Shown here: positions 17,681 through 27,125 of the stretch, in pieces
How the letters are laid out: each line of letters starts with the position of its first letter
How positions within the stretch are numbered: position 1 is the stretch's first letter
Assembly: GCA_017961575.1 (NCBI GenBank)
Contig: JAGCXA010000006.1
Coordinates: 1,672 to 65,671, forward strand
Reading direction: 5' to 3'
From: Clostridia bacterium
GTDB lineage: Bacteria; Bacillota; Clostridia; Oscillospirales; CAG-272
DNA length: 64,000 nt
Position numbers and translations under genes: made by a program
The notes under the pieces: generated by a model
Seen by the model: only the letters and a program-made list of their open reading frames with translations
The model's database searches: none
What the model was told of the DNA's origin: nothing

Positions 17681-17859
17681 ACCGATTTACGGTTTTTTTA
17701 CAAAAACATCATCGCGTCCGCGAAACTTACGGGACGCGGGCACGACACCTCATCAGAATAATTTTTTGTCAGACAAGGCGCACCGAGCGAGCGGCGGCGA
17801 AGGCATACCTGCGTATGTCGAGCCGTCAGAGTCGAGGAGCAACGAAGTATCACGAAAAA

Positions 17860-18939
17860 TTATTCGATGAGCATCGCGTCGCCAAACGAGAAAAACCGAT
17901 ACTTTTGTTCGACGGCGATTCGATACGCTTCGAGGATGCGTTCCCGACCGGCAAGCGCCGAGACCAGCATCAGAAGCGTCGATTCGGGTAGATGAAAGTT
18001 GGTAATCAGGGCGTCGACCGCGCGGAAACGGTATCCGGGGTAGATGAAGATCCCGGTGTCGCCCTCGGTCGCGTGAACGACGCCGTTCTCGTCGGCGACG
18101 CTTTCCAGCACGCGGCAGGAGGTGGTTCCGACCGCGACGACACGACCTCCCGAGGCGCGGCGGCGGTTGATCTCGGCGGCGGCTGCCTCGTCGATGTGAA
18201 AATGCTCCGTGTGCATCAGGTGATCGGCGATCTTCGCCTCCTTGACGGGACGGAAAGTGCCGAGTCCGATGTGAAGCGTGACCTCGGCGTACCCGACGCC
18301 TTTTTTTCGGATCGCGTCGAGCAGTTCGGGGGTAAAGTGCAGCCCGGCTGTCGGCGCGGCGGCGGACCCCTCTTCCTTCGCGTAGACCGTCTGATAGCGG
18401 GACAGGTCCTTCTGCTTTTTCCGGATGTAGGGCGGGAGGGGAAGTTCCCCGATCGCGTCGAGCAGTTCGTAGTCGCTTTTGAAGCGCGCGCGGTCGTACT
18501 CGAAGGAGACGATCCGGTTCCCGTCGGGCAAAACCTCCTCCACCGTGACCGTGAGCAGCCCGTCGCCGAAGAGGAGGACGTCGCCCGCCTTCGCGCGCTT
18601 GCCGGGGCGGACCAGCGTTTCCCACCGTCCGGCGGCGTGGGACTTCAGAAGCAGAAGTTCCATCGGGCTCCCGGTCTTTTTCGTCACGCCGAGAAGGCGA
18701 GCAGGGATGACCTTGGAAGAGTTGACGACGAGGACGTCCTCGGGACGAAGAAAGTCGATGATCTCCGAGAAGACGCGATGCTCCGGCGCGTCCTTTTTGC
18801 GGTCGAGCACCATCAGGCGCGAGCCGTCGCGCCTCTCGGCGGGGCTTTGCGCGATCAGTTCCTCGGGAAGATCGTAGTGAAAGTCAGATGTCAGAAGCCC
18901 CGTCGGGACCTTCTCGTTCAGGATAATACCGTTTGCCAT
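17860..18939 (-). CDS. queA: tRNA preQ1(34) S-adenosylmethionine ribosyltransferase-isomerase
   Basis: 359 aa from ATG 18939; FHYDLPEELIAQSPA N-terminus and full-length QueA collinearity. The track start at 18966 is also possible. Confidence 0.9.
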   Translation of the reverse strand: MANGIILNEKVPTGLLTSDFHYDLPEELIAQSPAERRDGSRLMVLDRKKDAPEHRVFSEIIDFLRPEDVLVVNSSKVIPARLLGVTKKTGSPMELLLLKSHAAGRWETLVRPGKRAKAGDVLLFGDGLLTVTVEEVLPDGNRIVSFEYDRARFKSDYELLDAIGELPLPPYIRKKQKDLSRYQTVYAKEEGSAAAPTAGLHFTPELLDAIRKKGVGYAEVTLHIGLGTFRPVKEAKIADHLMHTEHFHIDEAAAAEINRRRASGGRVVAVGTTSCRVLESVADENGVVHATEGDTGIFIYPGYRFRAVDALITNFHLPESTLLMLVSALAGRERILEAYRIAVEQKYRFFSFGDAMLIE

Positions 18940-19015
18940 AAGCACCCCTTTCAGATGCGGAAACATACAATATAATACAGATTCTTAAAAACGAATAAAG
19001 TCGAAGAGGAGAAAA

Positions 19016-19888
19016 ATGAAAAAACCGGTTTTCCGGGGCGTCTGTACCGCCCTCGTCACGCCGTTTTCGGACGGCAGACCCGATTACGACACATTTCGAT
19101 TCCTGATCGACCTGCAACTCTTCGCCGGGATCGACGCGCTCTGCGTCGCCGGAACGACGGGCGAGGCGGCGACGCTCTCGGATGGGGAATGGCAGCGTCT
19201 GCTTGGCGTCGCCGTCGAGGGGGCGGGTGGAAAAATTCCCGTGATCGTCGGGGTCGGGTCGAATTCGACCGCGCGCGCCGTCGCGTTTGCGAGGCGGGCG
19301 AAAGCGGGCGGCGCGGACGCGGTGCTCGCCGTCGCGCCCTACTACAACAAGGGGACGGAGGACGGGATCGTCGCCCATTATCACGAAATCGCCGACGTCG
19401 GGCTTCCCGTGATCGTTTACAACGTGCCGGGACGGACGGGGGTCGATCTCTCGACCGGGCTGTACCGTCGGATCGCGGAGCATCCCCTGATCGCCGGGGT
19501 GAAGGAAGCGGGCGAGGGGTATGATCGGCTGCTTGACTTTTATTATGCGTTCGGCGAATCGCTCCCGCTCTATACCGGGTGCGACGCCGCGATCCTGCCC
19601 GCCGTCGCCGTAGGAGCTTCGGGGGTCGTTTCGGTCGTTTCCAACCTGATCCCGCGCGAGACCCGCGAACTCTATCTTGCGGCGGCAAGGGGGGATCTTG
19701 CAGAGGCAAGGCGGCTGACCGCCCTTCGGCTCCCCCTGATCCGCGCGCTCTTTGCCGAAACCAACCCCGCGCCGATCAAACGCGCGATGGAGATCTGCGG
19801 GCTTTGCCGCGGGGAACTGCGCTTGCCGCTCTCCCCCGTTGGGGAGGGACTTTCGCAGCGCCTGTCCGATCTGCTCGGAATGAATTGA
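19016..19888 (+). CDS. dapA: 4-hydroxy-tetrahydrodipicolinate synthase
   Basis: 290 aa; ALVTPF and VAGTTGEAATLS motifs; DapA/NAL class I aldolase fold. Confidence 0.85.
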   Translation: MKKPVFRGVCTALVTPFSDGRPDYDTFRFLIDLQLFAGIDALCVAGTTGEAATLSDGEWQRLLGVAVEGAGGKIPVIVGVGSNSTARAVAFARRAKAGGADAVLAVAPYYNKGTEDGIVAHYHEIADVGLPVIVYNVPGRTGVDLSTGLYRRIAEHPLIAGVKEAGEGYDRLLDFYYAFGESLPLYTGCDAAILPAVAVGASGVVSVVSNLIPRETRELYLAAARGDLAEARRLTALRLPLIRALFAETNPAPIKRAMEICGLCRGELRLPLSPVGEGLSQRLSDLLGMN

Positions 19889-20047
19889 CGCGGCAAAAAA
19901 GGAAAACCGTTGCGCGAAGCGCAGGGATGTGCTATACTGTATTCGTAAGCGTCCCCGCGCGTCCTTGTAACATCATAGCACACCCCCCGCGCAAAGTCAA
20001 CAGAACGGAGGGAAAAACGGGGAACGAAACCGAGAAGAGGCGATCCG

Positions 20048-21046
20048 ATGAAAAGAACCAAAACGACCGACGTTTATCTCTGTTCCGCCGTCCCGGACGG
20101 CGGGATCGTCCGCTACGCGCTTTCCCGGGCGGGCGACTTGACCCTGCTCGATACGCTCGCGCTCCCGTCCCCGAATTATCTCGTGATCGAGGGCGACACG
20201 GCGTACGCGACGCTTTCCTCGCCCTTTCCCGGTTCGGACGAGGGCGGGGTGATCCGGCTCTCGGTCAACGCGGACGGCTCGCTCTCGCCCGCCGGAGAGA
20301 TCGTCCCGACGGGCGGCGAGGGCGCGTGCCACCTCGCCTTTGACGGCGACGATCTGTACGTTTCAAACTACGGATCGGGCAGTGTGACGAAGATCGGTCG
20401 ATCCACGGTCGCGCACGAGGGGAACGGTCCCGACCCGATCCGGCAGGACGCGCCGCATTGCCATTGCGCGTTCTTTTCGCCGGACAAGCGGTTCTTGCTC
20501 GTCTGCGACCTCGGGCTCGATACCGTTTTCGTTTACGACAGGGACCTGAACGAAGTCTCGCGCGCCAAGGTGCCGGACGGTGCGGGGTGCCGTCATTTGA
20601 CCTTCTCGCGGGACGGTCGTTTCGTCTACGTCGAGAACGAGATGGGATGCTCGGTCTCGGTCTTCCTTTGGGAGGACGGACGGCTGATCTACCGTTCGAC
20701 CTGCCCGACCAGAACTTACGCCAAGCATCCGGGACCCGACAAGGGCTCGGCGATCCGCCTCTCGCGGAACGGGCGGCGGCTCTATATCACCAACCGGGGA
20801 GAAAACGAGGTCGTCGTCCTCTCCTGCCGCGGCGAAAAACTCCGCGTGATCGGCCGGGCGCCGACAGGGGGCGACGAACCGCGCGATTTTACTTTGACGC
20901 CAGACGAACGTTTCGGGATCGTCGCCAATCAGTTCGGCGATTCGTTCCGTCTGTTCCGCGTCGCCGGACTGCGGAAAAACCGACTGATCCCCCTGCACAC
21001 CGTTCCGCTGCGGGCGGCGATCGCCGTGACGGTACGGGGACGGTAA
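20048..21046 (+). CDS. lactonase, 7-bladed beta-propeller family (6-phosphogluconolactonase-like)
   Basis: 332 aa; HCHCAFFSPDKRFLLVCDLGLD, GCRHLTFSRDGRFVYVENE, PRDFTLTPDERF repeats typical of PF10282. Confidence 0.75.
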   Translation: MKRTKTTDVYLCSAVPDGGIVRYALSRAGDLTLLDTLALPSPNYLVIEGDTAYATLSSPFPGSDEGGVIRLSVNADGSLSPAGEIVPTGGEGACHLAFDGDDLYVSNYGSGSVTKIGRSTVAHEGNGPDPIRQDAPHCHCAFFSPDKRFLLVCDLGLDTVFVYDRDLNEVSRAKVPDGAGCRHLTFSRDGRFVYVENEMGCSVSVFLWEDGRLIYRSTCPTRTYAKHPGPDKGSAIRLSRNGRRLYITNRGENEVVVLSCRGEKLRVIGRAPTGGDEPRDFTLTPDERFGIVANQFGDSFRLFRVAGLRKNRLIPLHTVPLRAAIAVTVRGR

Positions 21047-21074
21047 AAAGGGCGGTCGGCGTCGCGTGAAAAAT

Positions 21075-21115
21075 GGGAAAAGTGAGGGTTTCCCCCTTGC
21101 TTTTCCCTTTTTTTT
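21075..21115 (+). terminator. terminator of lactonase gene
   Basis: GGGAAAAG...CTTTTCCC followed by T8. Confidence 0.6.
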
Positions 21116-21165
21116 ATGATATACTGTATAAGTCAAAAAATGCATTTTCGGAGGTTCGATTCGAT

Positions 21166-22872
21166 ATGAGCGTGAACAGACCGTTTTTTGAAACGGTGCG
21201 CGATCCCGCTTTCTGGGAGACGGTACGGACTTCGCCGTCCTACGCTCCTTTGCGGGAATACCTGCTTGAAAAATGGAAGACCTACGGTGATTGCGTGATC
21301 CCCGCTCTGAAATTCAGCGACTATCGGACTTTCTTCGATTCCGGGGAGCGCGACACCTACGAGAACAGTTACTATCTCCGCCGCCGGACCCTGATCGTCG
21401 CGTCGCTGCTTGCCGTGATCTATCCCGACGTTCCCGAGTATCTGACCCGGCTCGAGGACGCGATTTTCGCCGTCGCGTGCGAATACAGTTGGTGTCTCCC
21501 GGCGCACGTCGGGAATTGCACGACCGACGATCCGGTCGCGCTCGACCTCTTCGCCTGCGAGACCGGGTCGGCGTTCGGCGAGATCTCGGTTTTGCTCGGC
21601 GGGCGGCTCTCGCCCCTGATCCGCAGTCTGATGAAGCGCGAGACCGAGCGCCGGATCATCAACCCCTACCTCTCCGGGAAAAAATACTGGTGGCTTTCCG
21701 CCAGACACAATTGGTCGTCGGTCTGCGTCTCGGCAATCGCGACCGCCGTCTACTGCTTCCGTCCCGAGATCTTTCTGCAGACGCTTCCGCGTTTCCGCTA
21801 TTCGATGGATTGCTTCCTCTCGGGCTACGGAGACGACGGGTTCTGTCTGGAAGGGATCGACTACTGGTGGTACGGATTCGGCTACTTCCTCTGCTACGCC
21901 GAGATGGAGCGTTACGCCACGGAAGGGAAGTACGACTACTTCAAGGACCCGAAGGTGCGGAAGATCGCCGCGTATCAGCAGAAAGTAATCATCAACGAGG
22001 GAAAAGTGACGGTCAGTTTCTCGGACGGATCGAGGACCGCCGAGGTTTTCCCCGGGCTTATGCATTTCCTTCGGAACGAATACGGCGAGGAGATCGAATT
22101 GCTCCCCTCGAGTCTGCCCGGGATCGCCGAGGGATGCGCCCGCTACTCGCTCGCGACCCGTGAGATCGCCTGGTTTGATCCGGCGCTCGGGGTTGACCCA
22201 GTCCGGGCGAATACCGTCTATCGCGCCGAGGACGCCGGATGGTGGATCGTCAAGAACCCCGCGTACGGCTTCGCCGCGAAGGCGGGGAACAACGACGAGC
22301 CCCACAATCACAACGACGTCGGCAGTTTCATCGTCGCCAAGGACGGGAAACAGATCTTCGGCGACGTCGGAGCGGGGCTTTATACGCGCCAGTATTTCCG
22401 TAACGAAACCCGCTACGGGATTATCAACTGTTCTTCGCTCGGGCATTCGGTGCCCTATTTCGGAGACTCGGTGCAGAAGTTCGGAAAACAGTACTGCGCC
22501 GAAAACGTCAAGTACGGCGAAAAGACCTTTTCCTTCGATCTTGCCGCCGCCTACGGGGACGAGAGACTCGCGTCCTTCTCGCGCTGTTTTGCCGTCTCGC
22601 CCGATTCGGTGACGGTGTCCGACCGATTCGATTGGAGAGGGGAAGCCCCCGCCGTCGAACGCTTTATGCTCTTCGAGGAACCGACGTTGATCGACGGCGG
22701 ATTCACCGTCGGCGGGCTGACCTGCCGTCTCGAAGGTAAAATCGATAAGACGAGCGTCGTTCCGTTTGCGTACGAGCTTCATCACGCGGGCGGAAAGACC
22801 CGCGGCGCGTGGTTCTTCGACGCGGAACTCCAAAAGGGAGCCGACGGCTGCACCCTGACGATCGAATTCTGA
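21166..22872 (+). CDS. heparinase II/III-like protein (polysaccharide lyase-like)
   Basis: 568 aa from ATG 21166 (GGAGG RBS); alpha-toroid N-half; NDEPHNHNDVGSF motif. Confidence 0.7.
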   Translation: MSVNRPFFETVRDPAFWETVRTSPSYAPLREYLLEKWKTYGDCVIPALKFSDYRTFFDSGERDTYENSYYLRRRTLIVASLLAVIYPDVPEYLTRLEDAIFAVACEYSWCLPAHVGNCTTDDPVALDLFACETGSAFGEISVLLGGRLSPLIRSLMKRETERRIINPYLSGKKYWWLSARHNWSSVCVSAIATAVYCFRPEIFLQTLPRFRYSMDCFLSGYGDDGFCLEGIDYWWYGFGYFLCYAEMERYATEGKYDYFKDPKVRKIAAYQQKVIINEGKVTVSFSDGSRTAEVFPGLMHFLRNEYGEEIELLPSSLPGIAEGCARYSLATREIAWFDPALGVDPVRANTVYRAEDAGWWIVKNPAYGFAAKAGNNDEPHNHNDVGSFIVAKDGKQIFGDVGAGLYTRQYFRNETRYGIINCSSLGHSVPYFGDSVQKFGKQYCAENVKYGEKTFSFDLAAAYGDERLASFSRCFAVSPDSVTVSDRFDWRGEAPAVERFMLFEEPTLIDGGFTVGGLTCRLEGKIDKTSVVPFAYELHHAGGKTRGAWFFDAELQKGADGCTLTIEF

Positions 22873-22906
22873 CGGCGGACGCCGAACAAACGAAAGGAGA
22901 GCCGGG

Positions 22907-23614
22907 ATGACGCGGGATGACCGTCCTTACGCCGTCCTTTTCCGGGACGGCGACGTGATCGTCGTGAACAAAAGTCCGGGACTGCTCTCCCAACCCGACA
23001 GGGGAAACGACCCCGATCTTCTGACCCTGCTTTCGCATAAGATCGGGCATCCGGTTTTTCCGATCCACCGTCTCGACCGCGGAGTCGGGGGACTGATCGC
23101 CGTCGCCGTCAACCAACGGGCGGCGGGGGTCCTTTCGTCTCTTGTCGCGGACAGAAACGACGCGTTTATCAAGGAGTATCTCGCCGTCGTCCACGGGCGT
23201 TTCGACGCGCCGTCGGGCGAACTTTGCGACCATCTTCTCCGGGAGGAAAAACGCCGGATCACCCGCGTCGTCCCCGCGAAAACCCCCGGGGCGAAACCGG
23301 CGCGGCTCGCCTATCGCGTACTGCGTGAAACCGACCTTGACGGTCGCGGATTCTCTCTTGTCGCCGTGCGGCTTTTCACTGGGCGGACGCACCAGATCCG
23401 CGCGCAGTTTTCAAGCGCGGGGCATCCCGTCGCCGGGGACGGCAGATACGGCGCGCACGACCGTTTTCCGCCCATCGCCCTGTATTCCGCGTATCTCTCG
23501 TTCCCCCATCCCGCGACGGGTGAACGCCTCGTTTTCTCGGCGGCGCCGACCCTGCCGCCCTTCGACAGCTTCTCGATCCCCCTCGCCGGGGAGAAAGGTT
23601 TTTTTGATGACTGA
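22907..23614 (+). CDS. RluA-family pseudouridine synthase (no S4 domain)
   Basis: 235 aa; catalytic HRLDRGVGGL, GRTHQIR motif. Confidence 0.85.
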   Translation: MTRDDRPYAVLFRDGDVIVVNKSPGLLSQPDRGNDPDLLTLLSHKIGHPVFPIHRLDRGVGGLIAVAVNQRAAGVLSSLVADRNDAFIKEYLAVVHGRFDAPSGELCDHLLREEKRRITRVVPAKTPGAKPARLAYRVLRETDLDGRGFSLVAVRLFTGRTHQIRAQFSSAGHPVAGDGRYGAHDRFPPIALYSAYLSFPHPATGERLVFSAAPTLPPFDSFSIPLAGEKGFFDD

Positions 23615-24806
23615 ACCGGAAAGAGCGCTCTTTGAACTGATCCGCGCCGCCGCGTCGGGTTCTCCCCGCGAGATCCCCGCGACGGTCGATCCTATCGCGC
23701 TCTATCGGCTCGTCCGTCATCTTCATCTGTCCTCGTTTTTATGGGAATCCGGCTCGCGCCTTCCCGCGTCTCCCGTCCGTTCGGCGTGGGAAAAGGATCG
23801 GGACCTTGCCGTGATGAAGGACCTTTTGCAGACCGAGGAACAGGCGTCGGTCGACGCCGCGCTCTCGGCGGCGGGGATCCGCTTTCTTTATCTCAAAGGA
23901 TCGGTTTTGAAACGCTTTTGGGGAGAACCGTCGTTCCGTTACATGGGCGACGCCGATTTTCTCTTCGAGGGCGACGACGAATCCCTCCGCGCCGCGCTTG
24001 ACGGGCTCGGATATGCCGCCGAGATGTTCGGTTCGCGCGATTTCTCGCACCACTTCGTTTTCCGAAAGGAACCCTGGTTCATTCTGGAACCGCACTTTGC
24101 TCTTTTCGACGCGGACGATCCCTACGCGGCGACGCTTTCGGGACTGTTCGACCGCGCGACGCCCGATCCCTCTCTCTCGGGACGCTATCTGATCTCGGAG
24201 GAGGATCTTTATCTGCATTGTTTGCTCCATGCGCGCAAACATATCGCCGGAAGCGGATTCGGCGTTCGGTCTTTCCTCGATTTCGCGTTCCTTCTCAGGG
24301 AATATCCCGACCTGCCGGAACGGGCAAGAGTAAAGGAGATCCTTTCCTCCGCCGGGCTCGAAACCTTTGCGTCCCGCGTCCTGCACGTCGCGCGTCTTTG
24401 CTCCGATCCCACCCTGATCCCCGACGAAGAGGACGAGCGCGAGATTTCCGCGCTCTTTGAGAGCGGTTTGTTCGGCACAAGCGAGAACGTGGCGGAAAAA
24501 CGTCTTCTTGCCGAGCAAAACCGTTCCCGGTTTCCCCGGCTTGCGTTCTTTATGAAACGCTTTTTTCCTCCGCTCGTTACGATGGCGCGCCGCAAGATCC
24601 GCGCGCCGCTCTCGTGGATCGTTTATCCGTTCTTCTGGCTTCGCCATTTTTTCCTGTATCTTTTCACGAAAAGCAGACGTTCAAGAGTCAAAGCGTCCCT
24701 CCGCGTCATTTCACCCGGAAAGAAAGGAACGGAGGACGTCGGATTTGAACTTCGCTACTTCGGATTGTCCCCCGAAAACGGAAAGGGGGCGGATATCCGT
24801 GACTGA
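23607..24806 (+). CDS. uncharacterised nucleotidyltransferase family protein (NTP_transf_5-like)
   Basis: 399 aa from ATG 23607 (8-nt overlap with the rluA-like gene); YLKGSVLKRFWGEPSFRYMGDADFLF core. Confidence 0.7.
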   Translation: MTEPERALFELIRAAASGSPREIPATVDPIALYRLVRHLHLSSFLWESGSRLPASPVRSAWEKDRDLAVMKDLLQTEEQASVDAALSAAGIRFLYLKGSVLKRFWGEPSFRYMGDADFLFEGDDESLRAALDGLGYAAEMFGSRDFSHHFVFRKEPWFILEPHFALFDADDPYAATLSGLFDRATPDPSLSGRYLISEEDLYLHCLLHARKHIAGSGFGVRSFLDFAFLLREYPDLPERARVKEILSSAGLETFASRVLHVARLCSDPTLIPDEEDEREISALFESGLFGTSENVAEKRLLAEQNRSRFPRLAFFMKRFFPPLVTMARRKIRAPLSWIVYPFFWLRHFFLYLFTKSRRSRVKASLRVISPGKKGTEDVGFELRYFGLSPENGKGADIRD

Positions 24807-25542
24807 TTCGGAATTCACCTCCCGCACCGCCCGTCTGATCGGGGAGGACGGCGTCGCCCGTCTTGCCGCCTCGACGGTGCTCATACTCGGACTCGGCGGG
24901 GTGGGCGGTTACGTCCTCGAAGGGCTGGTGCGCGCCGGGGTCGGGCGCTTCATTCTCGCGGATTGCGACGTCTTTTCCGAAAGCAACCTGAACCGACAGA
25001 TCCTCGCGACGCGCGACGCGCTCGGACGGAAGAAGACTGCGGTCGCCCGCGAACGGGTGCTGTCGATCAATCCGGCGGCGTCGGTCGAGACCTTCGACGA
25101 GTTCCTTGACGCCGGGAATATTCCCGACCTGTTTTCTCGCGGCGAGATCTCCTTCTGCGTCGACGCCGTCGACAACGTCACGGCAAAGATCGCCGCGGTC
25201 ACGGAGGCGACCCGCCGCGGGATCCCGATCGTTACCTGTATGGGAACCGGGAATCACCTCGATCCCTCGCGCTTCGTGATCGGGGATATTGAAAAATCGG
25301 CGGTTTGTCCGCTCGCAAGGGTGATGCGGAACGAACTCCGTCGCCGCGGGATCCGCGGGGTGACGGCTCTTTGGAGTACCGACCCCCCCTGCAAAGACGC
25401 CGCCCGAAACGGCGAGCGGACTCCGCCCGCGTCGGTCTCCTTCGTCCCGTCGGTTGCCGGTCTTACCATCGCCGGATACGTCGTCCGCAAACTTGCGGAA
25501 ATCGGCGATCCGTCAGAAATAGAAAAGGGTGTTTCGTTATGA
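24799..25542 (+). CDS. tcdA: tRNA threonylcarbamoyladenosine dehydratase (ThiF/E1-like)
   Basis: 247 aa from GTG 24799 (8-nt overlap with the previous gene; start uncertain); LGLGGVGG, SNLNRQ, CPLARV motifs. Confidence 0.8.
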   Translation: MTDSEFTSRTARLIGEDGVARLAASTVLILGLGGVGGYVLEGLVRAGVGRFILADCDVFSESNLNRQILATRDALGRKKTAVARERVLSINPAASVETFDEFLDAGNIPDLFSRGEISFCVDAVDNVTAKIAAVTEATRRGIPIVTCMGTGNHLDPSRFVIGDIEKSAVCPLARVMRNELRRRGIRGVTALWSTDPPCKDAARNGERTPPASVSFVPSVAGLTIAGYVVRKLAEIGDPSEIEKGVSL

Positions 25543-26285
25543 AAAGGAAAAACGTACTGATTCTTCTCCTCGTTTTTCTGCTCCTGCTTACCCCTTCCTG
25601 CGTCCTCTTCGTTCGGGCGCTCGCGACCTCTCCTTTTCCCGAACGGGATAAGATCACCGAGGTCGAAGCGCGTTTCGAGTCGAGCGGAGGGGTGAAGGCG
25701 GACGCGGCGTTGCTCGTGCGGCGGGGCGCGGATTCGCGCGAAGTCGACCTGCTCTACGCCGTTTTCGAAAACGCGAAGCGCGTGCCGCGTTGGGAGTTGC
25801 CGGATAAATACGCCTCTTACCGCCTGACCTTCAAGGGAGAGAGTTCCGACGAGGTCCTGACGCTCTACGTCGGCGCGTCCGATCTTTCGCTCTACGTTCT
25901 GACGTCGGGGAAGAAACTTTACCGTCTCGCTATGCCGACGGCGACGCACCGCAGCACGGTTCTGACTCCCTCCGCGGCGTCGTTTTTGCTCGACGGCGAG
26001 GAGATCGTATCGCTCTACGACTATCCCGAATACGCGAACGGTCCGACCGGGATCGCCGGCATTTCGCTCTCTGCGTGGGACATCGTGACCGACTTCGCTT
26101 TTTCCGCGGAGAACGTTTCGGTGATCTACGCGCTTTACGCCGACCGCAACGCCGAACCGATCGAGACGACGAACGCCGACCTGATCGTCGAAAACGATCC
26201 CGAAACGGTGCGGATGGACGTTACGGCGACCCTTGCGGGCGGCATTTCGGTCACGCTCCATTACTATCTGAGCGTGCAGGAGTAA
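25539..26285 (+). CDS. exported/membrane-anchored hypothetical protein
   Basis: 248 aa from ATG 25539 (ATGA overlap with tcdA); N-terminal hydrophobic signal MKRKNVLILLLVFLLLLTPSC. Confidence 0.65.
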   Translation: MKRKNVLILLLVFLLLLTPSCVLFVRALATSPFPERDKITEVEARFESSGGVKADAALLVRRGADSREVDLLYAVFENAKRVPRWELPDKYASYRLTFKGESSDEVLTLYVGASDLSLYVLTSGKKLYRLAMPTATHRSTVLTPSAASFLLDGEEIVSLYDYPEYANGPTGIAGISLSAWDIVTDFAFSAENVSVIYALYADRNAEPIETTNADLIVENDPETVRMDVTATLAGGISVTLHYYLSVQE

Positions 26286-26294
26286 AGAAGCGCT

Positions 26295-27125
26295 ATGGCT
26301 GTGGAACGCGACGAATACGAGGAGAAGCGATGCCTTCTTTCGATGACCGATCCCGAGGATCGGGCGGCGAACGCCGAGCGGATCCCGATCCGTCACATGA
26401 TCGACAAACTCGACCGCACGCTCGCGCGCGGAGATTACGGCGAAGGGATGCGTCTTCTCGATTATTGGCTCCGTGAGGCGCAGGCGCTCGGCGACGAGGA
26501 CGGCGAACTCTCGGTCGCAAGCGAGTTGATGGGACTTTCCCGCCGGGTCAACGACCGCGAAAAGGGGCTTGCCGCGATCGCGCGGGGGCTTGCACTGCTC
26601 GAAAAGAGCGGGCTGACCGACACGGTTTCGGGGGCTACGATCCTTCTGAACGCCGCCACGACGAAAAAGCACTTCGGCGACGCCGCGGGCGCGATTCCGC
26701 TCTACCGCCGCGCCGAGGAGGTCTATTCCGCACGGCTGTCGCCCGACGACGAACGGTTCGGCGGGCTCTACAACAACTACGCGCTCTCGCTTGCCGAAAC
26801 GGGCGAGCGCGAAACGGCGGAGGCGTACTTCAACCGCGCGCTTTCGGTGATGGAAAAGAACGGCGCGAAGGGGAAGACCGGCGTCGCCGTCACCTGCGTC
26901 AATCTCGCCGATTTCTTCGAGGCGGGGGACGATCCCGACAAGGACGAAAAAATCAACGCCGTACTCGAACGCGCTTGGGCGGCGCTCGACGATCCCGATA
27001 CCCCCCGCGACGGTGAATACGCCTTCGTCGCGTCGAAATGCGCTCCGGCGTTCTCCTTCTACGGTTGGTTCTTCGCCGCGGCTGAACTTGAAAAAAGGAT
27101 GAGAGAGATCCATGAACGGAATTGA
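26295..27125 (+). CDS. tetratricopeptide-repeat protein
   Basis: 276 aa; several A..Y/F..AL helical pairs (AIPLYRRAEEVY, AEAYFNRALSV). Confidence 0.65.
   Translation: MAVERDEYEEKRCLLSMTDPEDRAANAERIPIRHMIDKLDRTLARGDYGEGMRLLDYWLREAQALGDEDGELSVASELMGLSRRVNDREKGLAAIARGLALLEKSGLTDTVSGATILLNAATTKKHFGDAAGAIPLYRRAEEVYSARLSPDDERFGGLYNNYALSLAETGERETAEAYFNRALSVMEKNGAKGKTGVAVTCVNLADFFEAGDDPDKDEKINAVLERAWAALDDPDTPRDGEYAFVASKCAPAFSFYGWFFAAAELEKRMREIHERN

Noticed and set aside
17761-17859. A GC-rich segment of about 100 nt between the queA stop and its terminator, sharing GCACCGAG...GAGCGG with the repeats near tRNA-Leu(UAG).
   Set aside because: The similarity is limited to an 8-mer plus a 6-mer, which is at the level expected by chance in 64 kb on both strands. 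There is no convincing structure or second copy. It is most simply a long 3' UTR.
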